Below, piece by piece: positions 21,621-33,605 of a stretch of 33,605 nt of DNA. Position 1 is the stretch's first letter. Each line of letters opens with the position of its first letter. The stretch is from Dimargaris cristalligena (taxonomy: Eukaryota): NCBI GenBank assembly GCA_003614675.1, contig ML002404.1, positions 1 through 33,605 of the forward strand, given 5' to 3'. A program made the translations under genes and the position numbers. The notes under the pieces are model-generated. The model saw only the letters and a program-made list of their open reading frames with translations. It was not told the origin of the DNA and did not search any database.

Positions 21621-24078
21621 ATGGCGTCCATGCTAGATAAGGATAAAAAGAAGATGCAAGAGCGTCACGAAAAGATTCTGGTGGCCATGACCAAGGAACC
21701 CGCCAATGCACTTTGCGCGGACTGTGGTCAACCCGGTAAGTGCTTAGTATCTGCTTGTAAATGCACCAAAGCCGAATTGTGGTGCACCATTAGTAAAATG
21801 GCATTAGCTTTAGTTTTGATTTGGCCCCCTTGCTTTCTTACCTGTCTATCCCAAAATCACTAACCCGGTGTTCGCTTGGGTGAATTTGTATTATCTCTAC
21901 CTGGTCGCAGGCCCTCGCTGGGCATCGTGGAATATCGGGGTATTTCTTTGCATCCGATGCAGCGGTTTTCATCGTAAGATGGGTACTCACATTTCCAAAG
22001 TAAAATCCATTTCGTTGGATGTCTGGACTGCCGAGCAAATCGAGGTAAGTCACTGTTCCCATTTCTTGGCACCTTCCTTTGACTGGTGTTTATTTATGCA
22101 GTACCATTCCGTGTCCGCTTAAACGCAGCCATGCTTATACATTCGGCTCAATATATGCCATAATTATCTTGTTTTTTACAATCCGCGATCCAGGCCATTC
22201 AAGCAAAGGGCAACGCCAAAGTCAATGCCCAATACAACCCCAATGCCGAACTTCACCCTCCCCCGTCGGGTGATCGGTAGGTCATCCATTTCATTAATAT
22301 TTCGAAATACGTAATGTGGCACTGCTCCGGATATTCCCTCCGCCAGAACTCGCTTCCTCGCCGTTCTCTGGTAACGGATGCAGCCGCAAGGGATACAATT
22401 ACCCAGATGGAATGTCTTGACTTAGTGTGGTTCTCTAATACCCGATTACCATGCCTATTTAATTGTCACAATCATATTTATCGGCCACTTCTTTGGTACC
22501 ACCTCTATTTAGCGAGATGGAGCAATACATTCGTAACAAATACGAGCGCCGCCTATTCATGACGCAGTCTTCCCGTGTAAGTACCCCCACCCTTACTCAC
22601 CCAATATTAAATGGTTCTATTTTAGGACCCATGTCTATGGATCTAGCCGGGCCTTGATAAATTTCTACGCTCTGTCTAATACGGCCTACAACATAAAAGG
22701 TTTCAAATTGTCGGCATTGCTAATTATTAACCTACTCCCTCGCATATCCCCTATACGCCCATGCCAAACCCCATGTACTATATCAGGAGGACCGCAGTGA
22801 ATCTTCAAGCTCTAGACCCCCGACCGGCTCCTCAAGAGCTGCGATTGGCATTTCTGATACCAGCATGTCCAAGCTCCGTTCCATGGGGTTCACCGATGAT
22901 ACCCGTAATGCCCAGGCCCTTCTTCGCAGCCATGGTAACCTGGAACGGGCGATTGATATATTGGTTTCCGAAGCCCCTTTGTCGCAACCCGTGTCCCGCA
23001 CCTCGTCACGTACTGGCGCGAGCACCCCGGCCCCACCGGCCCCCAAGGCCGACCCGATGATCGATCTCCTTGGGTTGGACGACGGGTTCAGTGCAGCCTC
23101 TCCGGCCGCCAGTGCCGGTGTAAATACGAATTTAGTGTCAGGTACCCCCAAGTCGCCCTTATCGGCCACGCCTAGTGGTGGGTCGTCCATCCGTACCCAA
23201 ACTACTACTCAACTCAGTGGTCTTTTCCCGCCTCCCCCTGGCATGAGTAGCGGGCTTGGGTCAATGAGCAAGGCTCCGGTCGCAGCACCGGCCGCCCCGG
23301 CTCAAGACACCGACGCTTCGGGATTTTCGGACTTTGGCCAGTTCACCGACTCGTCCTTCTTCAACCAAACCGCCCCTGCTCCCGCCGCCCCAGGTAAATA
23401 AACTGATTTGTACCATAGTGTCCTCCCCTATACTAAAGCAATGCGCTCAAAGAGCAGCCAACTTTGATGCTCCGTAAACAGCCGCATCAACAGCGCTAGG
23501 TGCGGTATTGGTTTATGGTATATCCCTCCCTCTTAGTTTATGTAATCTAACCATTTTCATGCACTTTTGATTTAATTTGGCCAATCTCAGCGAATTCCCA
23601 ACCACCCACCAGCGGCCGTTTTGATAAAAACTCGATTCTTTCGCTCTATTCGTCAGGCAATACCCAGCGGACGATGCAACCCATGGCCAGCCAACTCTCT
23701 AATTCAATGGCCGGCATGTCACTTGCCGGTGGCCATGGTGGTGTCAATCCTACCACTTCGTGGATGCAACAACCCACCTCGCCGGCTCACCCGCCGCAAA
23801 CGTCGTCGTCGACACCGGCCTCGTCTTTCGGATTCCAACAGTTCGCTGGTTTCCAGTCGGCATCAGCCAATACGCCTCTCTCGTCCTCCCGCAGTCCTGT
23901 TTCCAGCGGAACTCAGCCTCAACAGGCCTCGGGCGGTTCATTAATGGATTTCGGTGACTCTTTCTCGGCCTTCTCAAGTGCCCCCACTACGAAAAATACC
24001 GCCGCTTCGTCGGCCAAGTCCCCTGGCCTCAAGTCGAATAAAGATTTATTTGGTGAATTCAGCGATCTCTTGCGTTAA
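21621..24078 (+). CDS. ArfGAP with UBA domain (Gts1/Ucp3/SMAP-like), ~496 aa
   Basis: Exons 21621-21735, 21911-22044, 22194-22276, 22513-22576, 22787-23393, 23591-24078, with consistent phases. Zinc finger CADC-x16-CIRC with catalytic Arg ([16 protein letters not shown]), LDVW, GNAKVN and [35 protein letters not shown] motif. Confidence 0.93.
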
Positions 24079-26049
24079 TTTCCGGTCAACTCGCCTCGGA
24101 ATTTGAGTACCCATTTGAAGATAGACTGCTCTATTTCGGACCCGCTAATGCTTGGCTGTAACTTTTACCGGCACACTTTTTCGCATCTTATACATCCCTA
24201 CTTCCTTCGTTTATCAATATATATCTTCGCTCTAGTATAATTCGGTTTGTTTTCAGTGATTGCATATAAGCAGCCATCGGTTGGTGTATTAGAATATATT
24301 CCCCCTTCCCTTCGCGCGTAGCTCGTAGTTCTATACATTTACTATGTCCGTTATGTTGGCATATCCTTTCTTGTAGCCCCGTCCCCAATAAATTATTATA
24401 CTACCTCTAAAGCGCATCCTGTTCAAAGGCAATTACGCTCGTCGAGTTTGGGGGTTTCAGACGTTTAACCACTATTTCACAGTTACATATTCACACTATA
24501 TCCAACTCTCAGTACAATCGTATACAACCCCTTCTCCATACACTTTGATTTTAATCATTGGTTTATTTTGACCCGAGTCTGGGCCGTTCTTTCCCTAGGC
24601 ACCTCGAGATATCGGACCATTAGCCACCTTATAGCTCGGTGGTCTTATTTGAATACCCCTGCATGTAGAAAAACACAGTGCCAATGGCATCGTTTCGAGA
24701 ACCAGATACCGTTTTTGCTATAGATTATATTAAAATACTTTTTGTGAAACTATAGGTGACTGTGAGGCGCTATGAGGGGGCGCTAGGCTTGGTCTGCCGA
24801 CTCAGCCCTCCCTACTAAACACATACTACCCATGTCATACAGCTGTGCGCCTGTCGTGGTCGTCTGGGATTGTTCCCATTTTCTTTTCTTGGTTCGTATT
24901 TTTACATACATACATACATACATTTTAAAAAAAAGAATCCGCGAAGATTTATCGATCGCTTAACTCATTATTTGACCTGTCTACACTCCCCGGCTCCACT
25001 AGTGCGACGGATATTGGGTTGAAGTGGACTTTGGACGTGGCGAAGCTCTATAGCCCCAAGGGTGGAATATTCGGCTCTTTACAATTATCGAAAAATCGGA
25101 AATTCATAGCCAGTGGTCTTCAGCTCGAGCGACCAAGCCCTGTACCTTTACCGTAGCCAATGGTAGATTTTGCACCTCCCTTCTTTGTAACACCATAAAC
25201 TCCACAACCAACCACAATTGGTTAGGCCGAGGAAAGGGGGGACGTGGGCCCTCCCCCTTTCCGCCACCTACAGCCGCCATTGTGCCGGAGACGATAGAAT
25301 TAACCGACTAGGCTTGTTGAAACCATGCGGGCTTTATTCAATAGTCCCCATCATTGCTTCGGTGGATTTAAAATTAGAGTAGTCGGCGAGCTACTTAGCC
25401 TCCATAGCTTTGTCCGTATTCAAGGGGGGTGAGCCTACATTTACAACCGGGATCTCTAGACTACACACGCACCCCAGTCCTGTATTTAGTAAATCGTTTT
25501 GGGGCTAGGTCAGCTGAAATGGTCGGTCATTTGGTTGCCATAATTTCGCATTTCACTAATGGAAGATTGGTATAGCATGAAACCCCTAATGACCCAGTGA
25601 CCGAATCTCTCTATAAACCGCCATTTTTATTTCGGGACCACACTATAGTGGACTCTCCTACTCCTTTTCTTTTCGACAGATCACTCGGGAAATTACGAAT
25701 AAAAACACACACACATCTACAGATTCGTGAAATAGAGTGTGACGAAAAATACAAGGCGAAACCCCAGTCCATCCAAGAGGGAATCAAAGAATAGTCCATG
25801 GACGAGTAATTGGTTATATTTATAGTATAGAAAAGCTGCTCTATAGGAATTGGCCTTTTCTCTGGTCAGACTAACACCACGGTTTGAGAAACACTTATTT
25901 AAGTGAGGGTCACCCTCCCTACCCGGTTACTTTTTTATGTCTATTACCCCCAATATTTAGTGACTTTGGGACTTATTTATACCTCAGATTATATTATCTC
26001 TCACTCAATTTCATCGCTTGAGCATTACTGCCGTTTCATTTGGTTAGCT

Positions 26050-27968
26050 ATGCGCATTTCAATCACCTTGGTAAGCAGTAGGGCCGGTGTCTTTTTTGAC
26101 TTGGGTTAAATCTACAAACACTGTGAACTTACTATTCAATTTAGTTCCCCATACCCTTTATGGTTCTTCTTTCGTTTAGCACGACTTTTCTGAGCGAGTT
26201 ATATAACCGAGCTACCCCCACAATCTTCAACTAAAATGGTATTTTTATACGTATACGTCACTCGTTATTTTGTGAACAAACTTACTTTAGGTCATATTAT
26301 TTGGGTTTATGGTGGGGCGAGTCACTGAAATTAGGGCCATGCCTGGCAGCCTAGACACCAATGCAAACCTTGTAAGAAGTCGGTCTTTAACGAATCCATC
26401 TACGTGGCTCCGCAGATCTTCGTCAGCTAACCGTAATGTAATCCCTGAGGGGATAGTAAAAGACGAAGCCAAAACCCCTTCAATCCAGGACAGCGGGGAA
26501 GTCTGTGACTTGTCTATTTACCAAGACGAATGGAACAAGCGGGAAGTCGTCGATGAAAGAGAATTGGAGGAGCACAAGGTCCTGCGCAAGTAAGTCGCGC
26601 ATTAGATTATATATATATATATATATATATATTCCGTTGGTAGATACCTAGTTAATGTCCTTTTAAGGTAGTATGTTTTTCTTCCGGGGGCCATGTCATT
26701 TCGGCCCTCAGATAGGTACCTCTTCAACTTCACATGCAGTCGAATAGGTGTTAGTGGATAAGAATTTGACTAAATTGTATTGCTCAACCATGACTTTGCC
26801 CCCTTACCCCCTTGGTCGCTATACCGCCCCTTCCCATAATTATTTATTCGACCCATTAGTTTGGCGTTTGCTGCATACCTTCCGTTAGCCATTATGGTGC
26901 ACGAGCTCAGTCTGAATGATAATTTTAATGCCGACGCCATCAGGCCTTTTACGGGTTCAACGACTACTGCCTGCCATGGTTTCGTGGCCGCTGACAAAGC
27001 AGGCGAGAATATATACGTCGCTTTCCGTGGGTCCACGCCGGATTCTTGGGCCACATTTTTTTACGATTCGCTCGGTTGGCCAGACTCCTGGGCCGATTAC
27101 CCCGAAACAAAAATCCATTACGGATATTTGTGGTTATATAGCCAATGCATTGCCCCTTACTTGGGCGCACTTAATGAAGTAGCACAGCAAAACACCGATG
27201 CCACTGTCCATTTTGTGGGCCATTCACTCGGCGGTGGTAAGTATCTATAGCCAGTTTTTATTTGTTCATTAGATTGTTTCCCCCGTGCTCATCGCAGTTC
27301 ATTGCACATTGGCAATATTTTGTAACAAAACACCCCCATAGTGTATACGTCTAGTCCAGAAAACACGGGTTGGCAAGCTGACACGGCGTGCCGTGAATAT
27401 CACAGTGAAAGAAAAAACCTTGCGATATCAGATTGGACTGAGTATTGCGTACAATATTGATGAGCCCGGCTATCTAACCCGCCTTCAATGTATAATTTGT
27501 TATTTTTTATCACCTCTGGCAGCTATTGCTACATTAGCAGCATTCGACTACCCGCTTCAGCTAAGGGGAAAGCCCCCGCATGAATACAGGGTGACTACGT
27601 TTGGAAGCCCTCCAGTCGGGAATGACGTATTTGTACGTTTATACAATAACCGACATATTCCAACCGTATTAATTACGTCGGGATTTGACCTGATTCCCAA
27701 CGCTAGCTTCTTGAAAACTTACTTACATGTCAGGAACGAGATTTACGTCCTCCCTGGCGGAAAACGCACCATCAAATGTAAATACGATACCATGTTTCTA
27801 GAAAGCGACCCGTTTTGCTCTCCCGATGTGTCCCTTATGAAATGTCGGCTCATAGACCATAGCGTTTTTTGGGGCCTAATTGACTTTATCCCGTACAACC
27901 CCGGTAAAACCAAGTTTATTCTACCGATTAGCAAAACCCAGCTGAACTCATCTCTGGGAATTCTGTAA
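26050..27968 (+). CDS. Secreted class-3 (Lipase_3, alpha/beta hydrolase) prepro-lipase, ~380 aa
   Basis: Exons 26050-26070, 26291-26589, 26860-27236, 27523-27968. Signal peptide MRISITL|VILFGFMVG. Motifs IYVAFRGS, KIHYGY, FVGHSLGG|AIATLAA (nucleophile Ser), TFGSPPVGN, DLIP (Asp) and IDHSVF (His). The first micro-exon is inferred. Confidence 0.88.
26608..26632. repeat. (TA)n microsatellite in lipase intron 2
   Basis: Direct reading. Confidence 0.9.
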
Positions 27969-30900
27969 CTTGAACCATTGATGATACTGACGAAATACTC
28001 CCTAACCCCATCTACTTGTCGAGAGTCACCCGCAAATATCTCCAAGGACTCCAAAATACTAACTCCTCGCATGATTGTGTGTAGATATTGACTAATAGAT
28101 TAGCTATAATAAATATTTCATACCATTCTTCCTCGTTTTCTACATTGTTTCTATCAGGAAATACTAATACAACTTCTAGAGTTATATAATACATCTCCCA
28201 GGTAAAAGGGTCGAACTGTCATGACGTCTATTGATTTGATGTGAGTGGGTAAACTCTAAGGTGTCCCTGTGAATAACTCGGGAGGCTCTAATGGAGGAAT
28301 CGTCGAATAGGGGTGCTTCTAATTAAGGACAGTCCAAAAAACTAGGACATGATAAAGGAATTGAGTCAAAACAGTCAATGGCAGAGACGAGTCGATTAGT
28401 TAAAATAGCCTATAACGCATAAAAATAATATCGGCCCTACAAGCAAAGCACTGACATACTAAATCACACAGGCCTGACAGTATACCGTCACCGGGCTAAT
28501 TCGTTACTTTTTTACTAAAGAGTGGAACTATGGGTGTTATTATCCGGTAAGAATTGGTTAGGTGGTTACAACAACCTGGGACTAAGATAAATCTCGCTAT
28601 GAATATTGATAATTAAAAGAAATATGCGAATACAATATTTTCTAAAATACTCCTGGCATAACCAAGAGAAATCGCAAAACATCATTCCAGAAAATAGCCT
28701 GGCGTTAATAATCGAATCATATAAGTATCAGTGTAAATGTAAATGTAAGTGCCGTTTTCTAAGTAATACCCAGGCATGTCAACTGGACCAATTATGGAAG
28801 GCTCCCTAGCTAAAAATACGCCTGCCAGTATTGTTTCATCGTGATATATTTGGTTAATCGTCACGCATCCCTTCTTTATGCGTACCCCGCCCCGCTTGGC
28901 CACATATTGACTTCCGAGCTCCATCAAGTGAAATTGCTCCCGTTTGTCCTTTTGCGGCCGATTACTTGCAGTTTATCATGCCGATACCTTCCTGTCCCTG
29001 TATTCGATGTGCTATTTGACGGATACCTTTCTCTCCCACGATTTTTATTGAACACTCTAATGGGGAATCGTCCGACTAACGGCAGTTTATCTATTGCAAT
29101 TCTTCTACCCTTTCCCGACATACTGAACAATAAGGAAATCACATAGAAAGGTAGTGAGTCCTATAGTAATGGATTGGCTTAACCCATAGTCGAGATTATC
29201 GAAACCAACTACAGTAAGATCAACCATGAACCTTGTTGCACTAGACTACCCGCTTGAATTTACCGGCCAAACAGTGACTAAGAATGATTGCAAAGCCCGA
29301 TTCTTTACAATGATATATCAACCTGCCAGGGATAAGCTCCATGATTGTCTCCATGGTTAGGGCCCGCCACAGCCTAGAACTCCTTAGGTGTAGCTTGCTC
29401 GCACAGTCGCACCTACGGTCCAGGAAATCACAAAATTACTACTATAGAGCCCACCATATATACATCTGACATTCGTAGTCCGTGTAGCCTGATGTCTATG
29501 TGACTCTGACTCCTTCACATCAAACCTCCATTCATATAAAATGTTTGCCCAATGGAAGGCTAGGGTCTAGGCTGTTTGATTTACAGGGATGACGAGTGAT
29601 GGACAAATCCAGGGGCCATTTCTAGTAAGGATTGACACGTCAAACGACCATTCACATTCGTAGTTTACTATTATACCCACCTTCACCACTGGTCAATACT
29701 CCTATGGAAACCAAGAGCTATTCGACTGAGCTCTTGCCAGTGTTGCCGGACGTGACTAGGGAGGAGGAGGGCATGGAACCAAGGGAAATAAGGCTCAGTG
29801 AATATTTCGAAAAAAAACAATATGTAACTTGGTATTAAATATGTAAAATATATTTTGATCATACTGGAGCAGGTCAGCTATTAGATGACAGCCCATTACT
29901 CACCGTCGAATTTTGAGGTGTCGTTCTCAGAAATGAACCAAAACCTGGTGCTTCGGAGGTATTTGGAAAGACCTCTCTGGGATCTGGTGTCAATAGATGC
30001 TCATTCCAGCAGTCGCAGGTGACCGCTCGGCCACAAGCTACACGCCCCTAACGGTGGCGTTGTCCCAAATAAAAATGTAGCAGGGCCTCTGGCATCGCAT
30101 AGCCCATTGGTCAGACGGTCTCCATGTTTTCTCAGTGACCCCCGGGTTTAACTGGGATTGCATATGGATTGACCTAAAAGGACTTGAATGCATAGCCAGT
30201 ATTATAGATGCATTGGGGTCATTTACACTCAAACCCAAATCCAACCATCAAACGGGGACCTACTAGTGGTGGTCTACTTTCCATGATTACAAATATATGG
30301 TTATATATATTACCATCCTATTTCACCATACCGGGGTTTGTTTTAGGATTTTGGCTAAAATAACCCCCTTAATAACCTTTGAAAACATGTTGTATCTAAG
30401 GATGTGCAATCCGATAGGGCGTGTCTACAAAATAGATAACAATTCTTGTACCAAATTGATGATATGCCGACATTAGGTTGGGATATTAGTTCAATTGCGC
30501 TATTCGGTGCTTTTGAGGTGATGAAAGGGCACTACATTGTACATTTTAAAGAGGTGCCCGACCTTTGGTCACTGGGTAAAAAAAAAGATAATTTCCGCTG
30601 TTCAGCGATGTCTTGACTACGAAGTAATATTAAATTTGGCATAGTCTGGACCATATACCACAATGAATATCTCCCGAGACAAAAGCGTCTGGTTGGTAGG
30701 TTGATAAGTTCACCAAGACACTCACCTGGGTCTATTGACATAATGGGTGGACCAATATAAACACAGATTACCGGTTGACTTCTGATTTCTGAAAATAGGG
30801 TTTAGTAAATAAGTCACATAGCCCAACATAGACGTCACTGCTACCCTTCCTTCTAAGAACAACTATTGGTTAACTAGTAACTAGGTGTTCAGAAGCGGGG

Positions 30901-31742
30901 AAAACAACTGGGCGGATTAAACGTGGACTTTCCAATTAAAAATCCTTAAAATGTGGCCGTCGGGTTCCCAGGAATTAATCCACTAGTAATAGTAGGGTAT
31001 ATCACCTATTGAGAGTTAAGAAATTCTATGCTTTGCCCTATCCCGGTACCTGATTGGCACTGAGCTGGTGCAGCCTGGTGAATTTCTATGCCAGGTGTGC
31101 CCAAAATGCCCTTGGGTTGGCTCAGTAATATTTTCCCAGTCGCCTGTGGATCATTAGGACCTGACTTCACTGTCTTTCTTCCTTGCCTATTGTTTCCGCA
31201 CCATCTTTTTCCATAAGGATATTGCGCCAAGGCAATAGGGCCCCCCATTAATATCCACTGACTCACGGGTAGATCCCGTGTATTCTTATTGCCTAACGAG
31301 CAAACACAGGGCATGCTGGCGCACCTCGCTTGATTGACCAGAAAGGGTTAATTATCGAATCCCGGTTCTATAAAAGTAATGAGGTGAGAATTGATGGGTG
31401 TGAGTGAGAGCGGGAGATACCCCATACGGTGGCGGCACATGGAAGCGAGCATTCAAATTGGGTAACGAACGATGATTGGCCATATTGCATGTACATGTTT
31501 ATTATAGCCAACTGGTGGTACTGATTTTGGTAATGGCCGCTTAACAGGAACTACAGAAGAGTAGAACAACTCTTATTCTTTAACTAAAGGATCCCCGAAC
31601 GCCAAAGTGATACGAGCCCGTATTTGAAAGCAGTGTCCGGATGAAATGGCAGATATATGGCCACATTGGCCCAACAATAATACTTGGGGAGTAGCTCATG
31701 GTACATTTTACATGTCTAAGTATTCACACTTAAACTTACAAC

Positions 31743-31745
<3 letters not shown>

Positions 31746-31774
<29 letters not shown>
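31746..31774. repeat. (AT)n microsatellite
   Basis: Direct reading. Confidence 0.9.
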
Positions 31775-31776
<2 letters not shown>

Positions 31777-33552
31777 ATATACCGTGATGTTGATAGAAAA
31801 AATATCACTGAAGGATCGATTCTTGATGAAGCCTGTCGCGAAATTCAGGTAGGTCGTCAATACATTCGGCTCATTGTATTAGTTGGGAATGCAGGGCCTG
31901 GTTGGAAAATAAATAAGGGTGGGAATACCCATAACCGTTGGCCCACAAGTAGGGTGAGGGAGCTGTCAGATGCAGGATGAACCACCAATAAAACGGGGAA
32001 TATTATTAATATTAGAAAAGTAGCACATTGGGGGGAGGGGAAAATACACTGTAGATGACTTCAGTCCTAGTCGGAAATGATTTGCCTGGTGTGGGAACCA
32101 ATTTGGTTGATCATTGCTGGAAGGTGGCATTGCCAAACCTATCGAGACAGCGAGGTTAATCATTTTCAATTACACCCTGGATATATCTGGCCCTAGTGAG
32201 TGGCCCGTAATCTAAACTAATGGACTTTCCAAAAATCATGGCCGAATAATGTCCCTGGCCCTGGTCCATACGGATGACCCGATTTCTGGCGTGGTAATAC
32301 TGAATATCCCGTTGGTCGGTAGCCATTCGCCAGCGCTTGACCTATACGTTAGGTCGGGGTTATAGCCAAACCGGGCGATAAAATCCGGCCAACTACGGTA
32401 GGCGCATCCCTAAAGCAGGTCCCCTGTGGTTGATCGAATGGGGCTGGTGGTAGACCAAGTAGGCTTGACAGCGACCACTGTGGCAAAGGTACCTTTATTT
32501 ACCATTTGGAATCATTTCGCCTTGTATTTTTGGACCGTCGTGCCAGTAGTGTATTTATTAATCCCTAATCGACCGGTGACGGAACTAGGCTTCTAGCGAC
32601 TGTGTCAAGCCGCGGGGGCGCTGTCAAGCCCGCAATTTACCATCGAACCTGCTGTATACAAATACGCCGCCCTCTCACTACCCCGGATTCGAATGAAAAC
32701 CTGATTCAACCCATAGGAGGATCATGTGGACAAATAACACGTTGATTATACTTACCCAGCCCCGCTCCCATTTCCGCCAAACCACAATCCCACGGCATAT
32801 TCCTCAAGCAAATATATATTCGAGCCATGTGAATAAGTTCTCCTACTCGCAAACACTAACACCACCGCCACTCCAAACAAACACTTGCCAGTAGTTAGCC
32901 TGCAATGGCTCAATCGGGGGGCTATGCTTGGACCAGATTCGACAAGGCCTCGAAATGTTGGGGTTGGCCTTTAGATTTGAATATTGTGGAGATGTGGGAT
33001 TAGACAATCCCGTTTCGGTATAATTTGAGGGAAGTGGACGATTTAGAAATTCCCAAGGGAGGATGCACATAACCTTGCCGGATTGAGCAAAAGTTCACCA
33101 CCGGGATTCAAGATACAAAGAGCCCGGCGGTCAGCGGGTATCCACACTTTCCCATATATGCTAAATAATCATATAGCGGAGTCCAACGCTTATAAGTGTA
33201 ACGAGTTAGACGATGTTGGAGGCAGAGAATAAAAAATACCTGGCCAATGTTTCATCACCACATACGCCTATCTTTTCAAATGGGGGCTATATAGTTTTCA
33301 GATTAAATATACCGGATTTCTATAGTTTCACGTAACCCACAAGGTCTCACCCTGCTACTGGGTTATTTCAAGAGCTTGACCTTTTTCCTCTACTTGGTAC
33401 ATCAGCAGTAATATTGGCGTATATTGGGACTACCTATGATTCCAAAACTGTGGCGGTAAACAATAGGGTGGAATATGTAACTCCCTCCATATATTAGATT
33501 CGGTAAGCCGGACGAAACTTTGGCAAGGCACCTGACCAGCCCAGTTTAATGG

Positions 33553-33605
33553 ATATGGGAGAAGTTCATTCAGGCTGTATAATGAAAAATCCATTGGATG
33601 CGGCC
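33553..33605 (-). mobile_element. Second (inverted, truncated by window edge) copy of the 10951-11092 MITE
   Basis: The reverse complement of 33553-33605 matches 11041-11093 at 47/53 positions without gaps. The match ends at the TIR tip. Confidence 0.75.

Noticed and set aside
26668-26670. Possible 3-nt micro-exon (AAG|GTA|GTATGT) in lipase intron 2
   Set aside because: Not needed. The direct splice gives a helix that aligns without gaps to the typical fungal lipase N-terminus as I recall it.
28983-29037. Degenerate 16-bp direct repeat (GATACCTTYCTSTCCC) spaced 39 nt apart
   Set aside because: Only two imperfect units, so not an array. CRISPR is not applicable to this eukaryotic locus.
29245-29263. 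GACTACCCGCTTGAATTTA resembling the LSU rRNA 5' region
   Set aside because: The match is short and gapped and the flanks are unrelated to rRNA.
32748-32760. ATACTTACCC resembling the U1 snRNA 5' end or a minus-strand splice donor
   Set aside because: No U1 stem-loops or Sm site recognised downstream, and no convincing exon on the minus strand.

Overview
Eukaryotic (fungal) genomic window with spliceosomal GT-AG introns. An early-diverging fungus is likely, but that is an inference from protein style and is not proven. Eight protein-coding genes were reconstructed by hand. In order they are: TFIIIC tau95/TFC1 (-, runs off the left edge), an intronless kexin KEX2 (-), an AMSH/Sst2 JAMM deubiquitinase (+, 4 exons), an OLE1 delta-9 desaturase-cytochrome b5 fusion (+, 2 exons, 795-nt intron), a small 4-TM protein (+), calnexin (-, 2 exons), an ArfGAP-UBA protein (+, 6 exons) and a secreted class-3 prepro-lipase (+, 4 exons). 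The last ~5.6 kb has no recognisable coding sequence. The most notable unexplained structures are: (1) a stop-containing candidate poison cassette exon in the long OLE1 intron, alongside SRE/CCAAT/GC-box-like clusters upstream of OLE1 and inside the intron; (2) a ~143-bp MITE with ~31-bp TIRs and a second, inverted copy at the window end; (3) a 34-codon open extension past the stop of the 4-TM gene; (4) consistently long branch-point-to-3'SS distances. No tRNA, rRNA, CRISPR or intact transposase was found. All splice models are manual and need RNA-seq confirmation.
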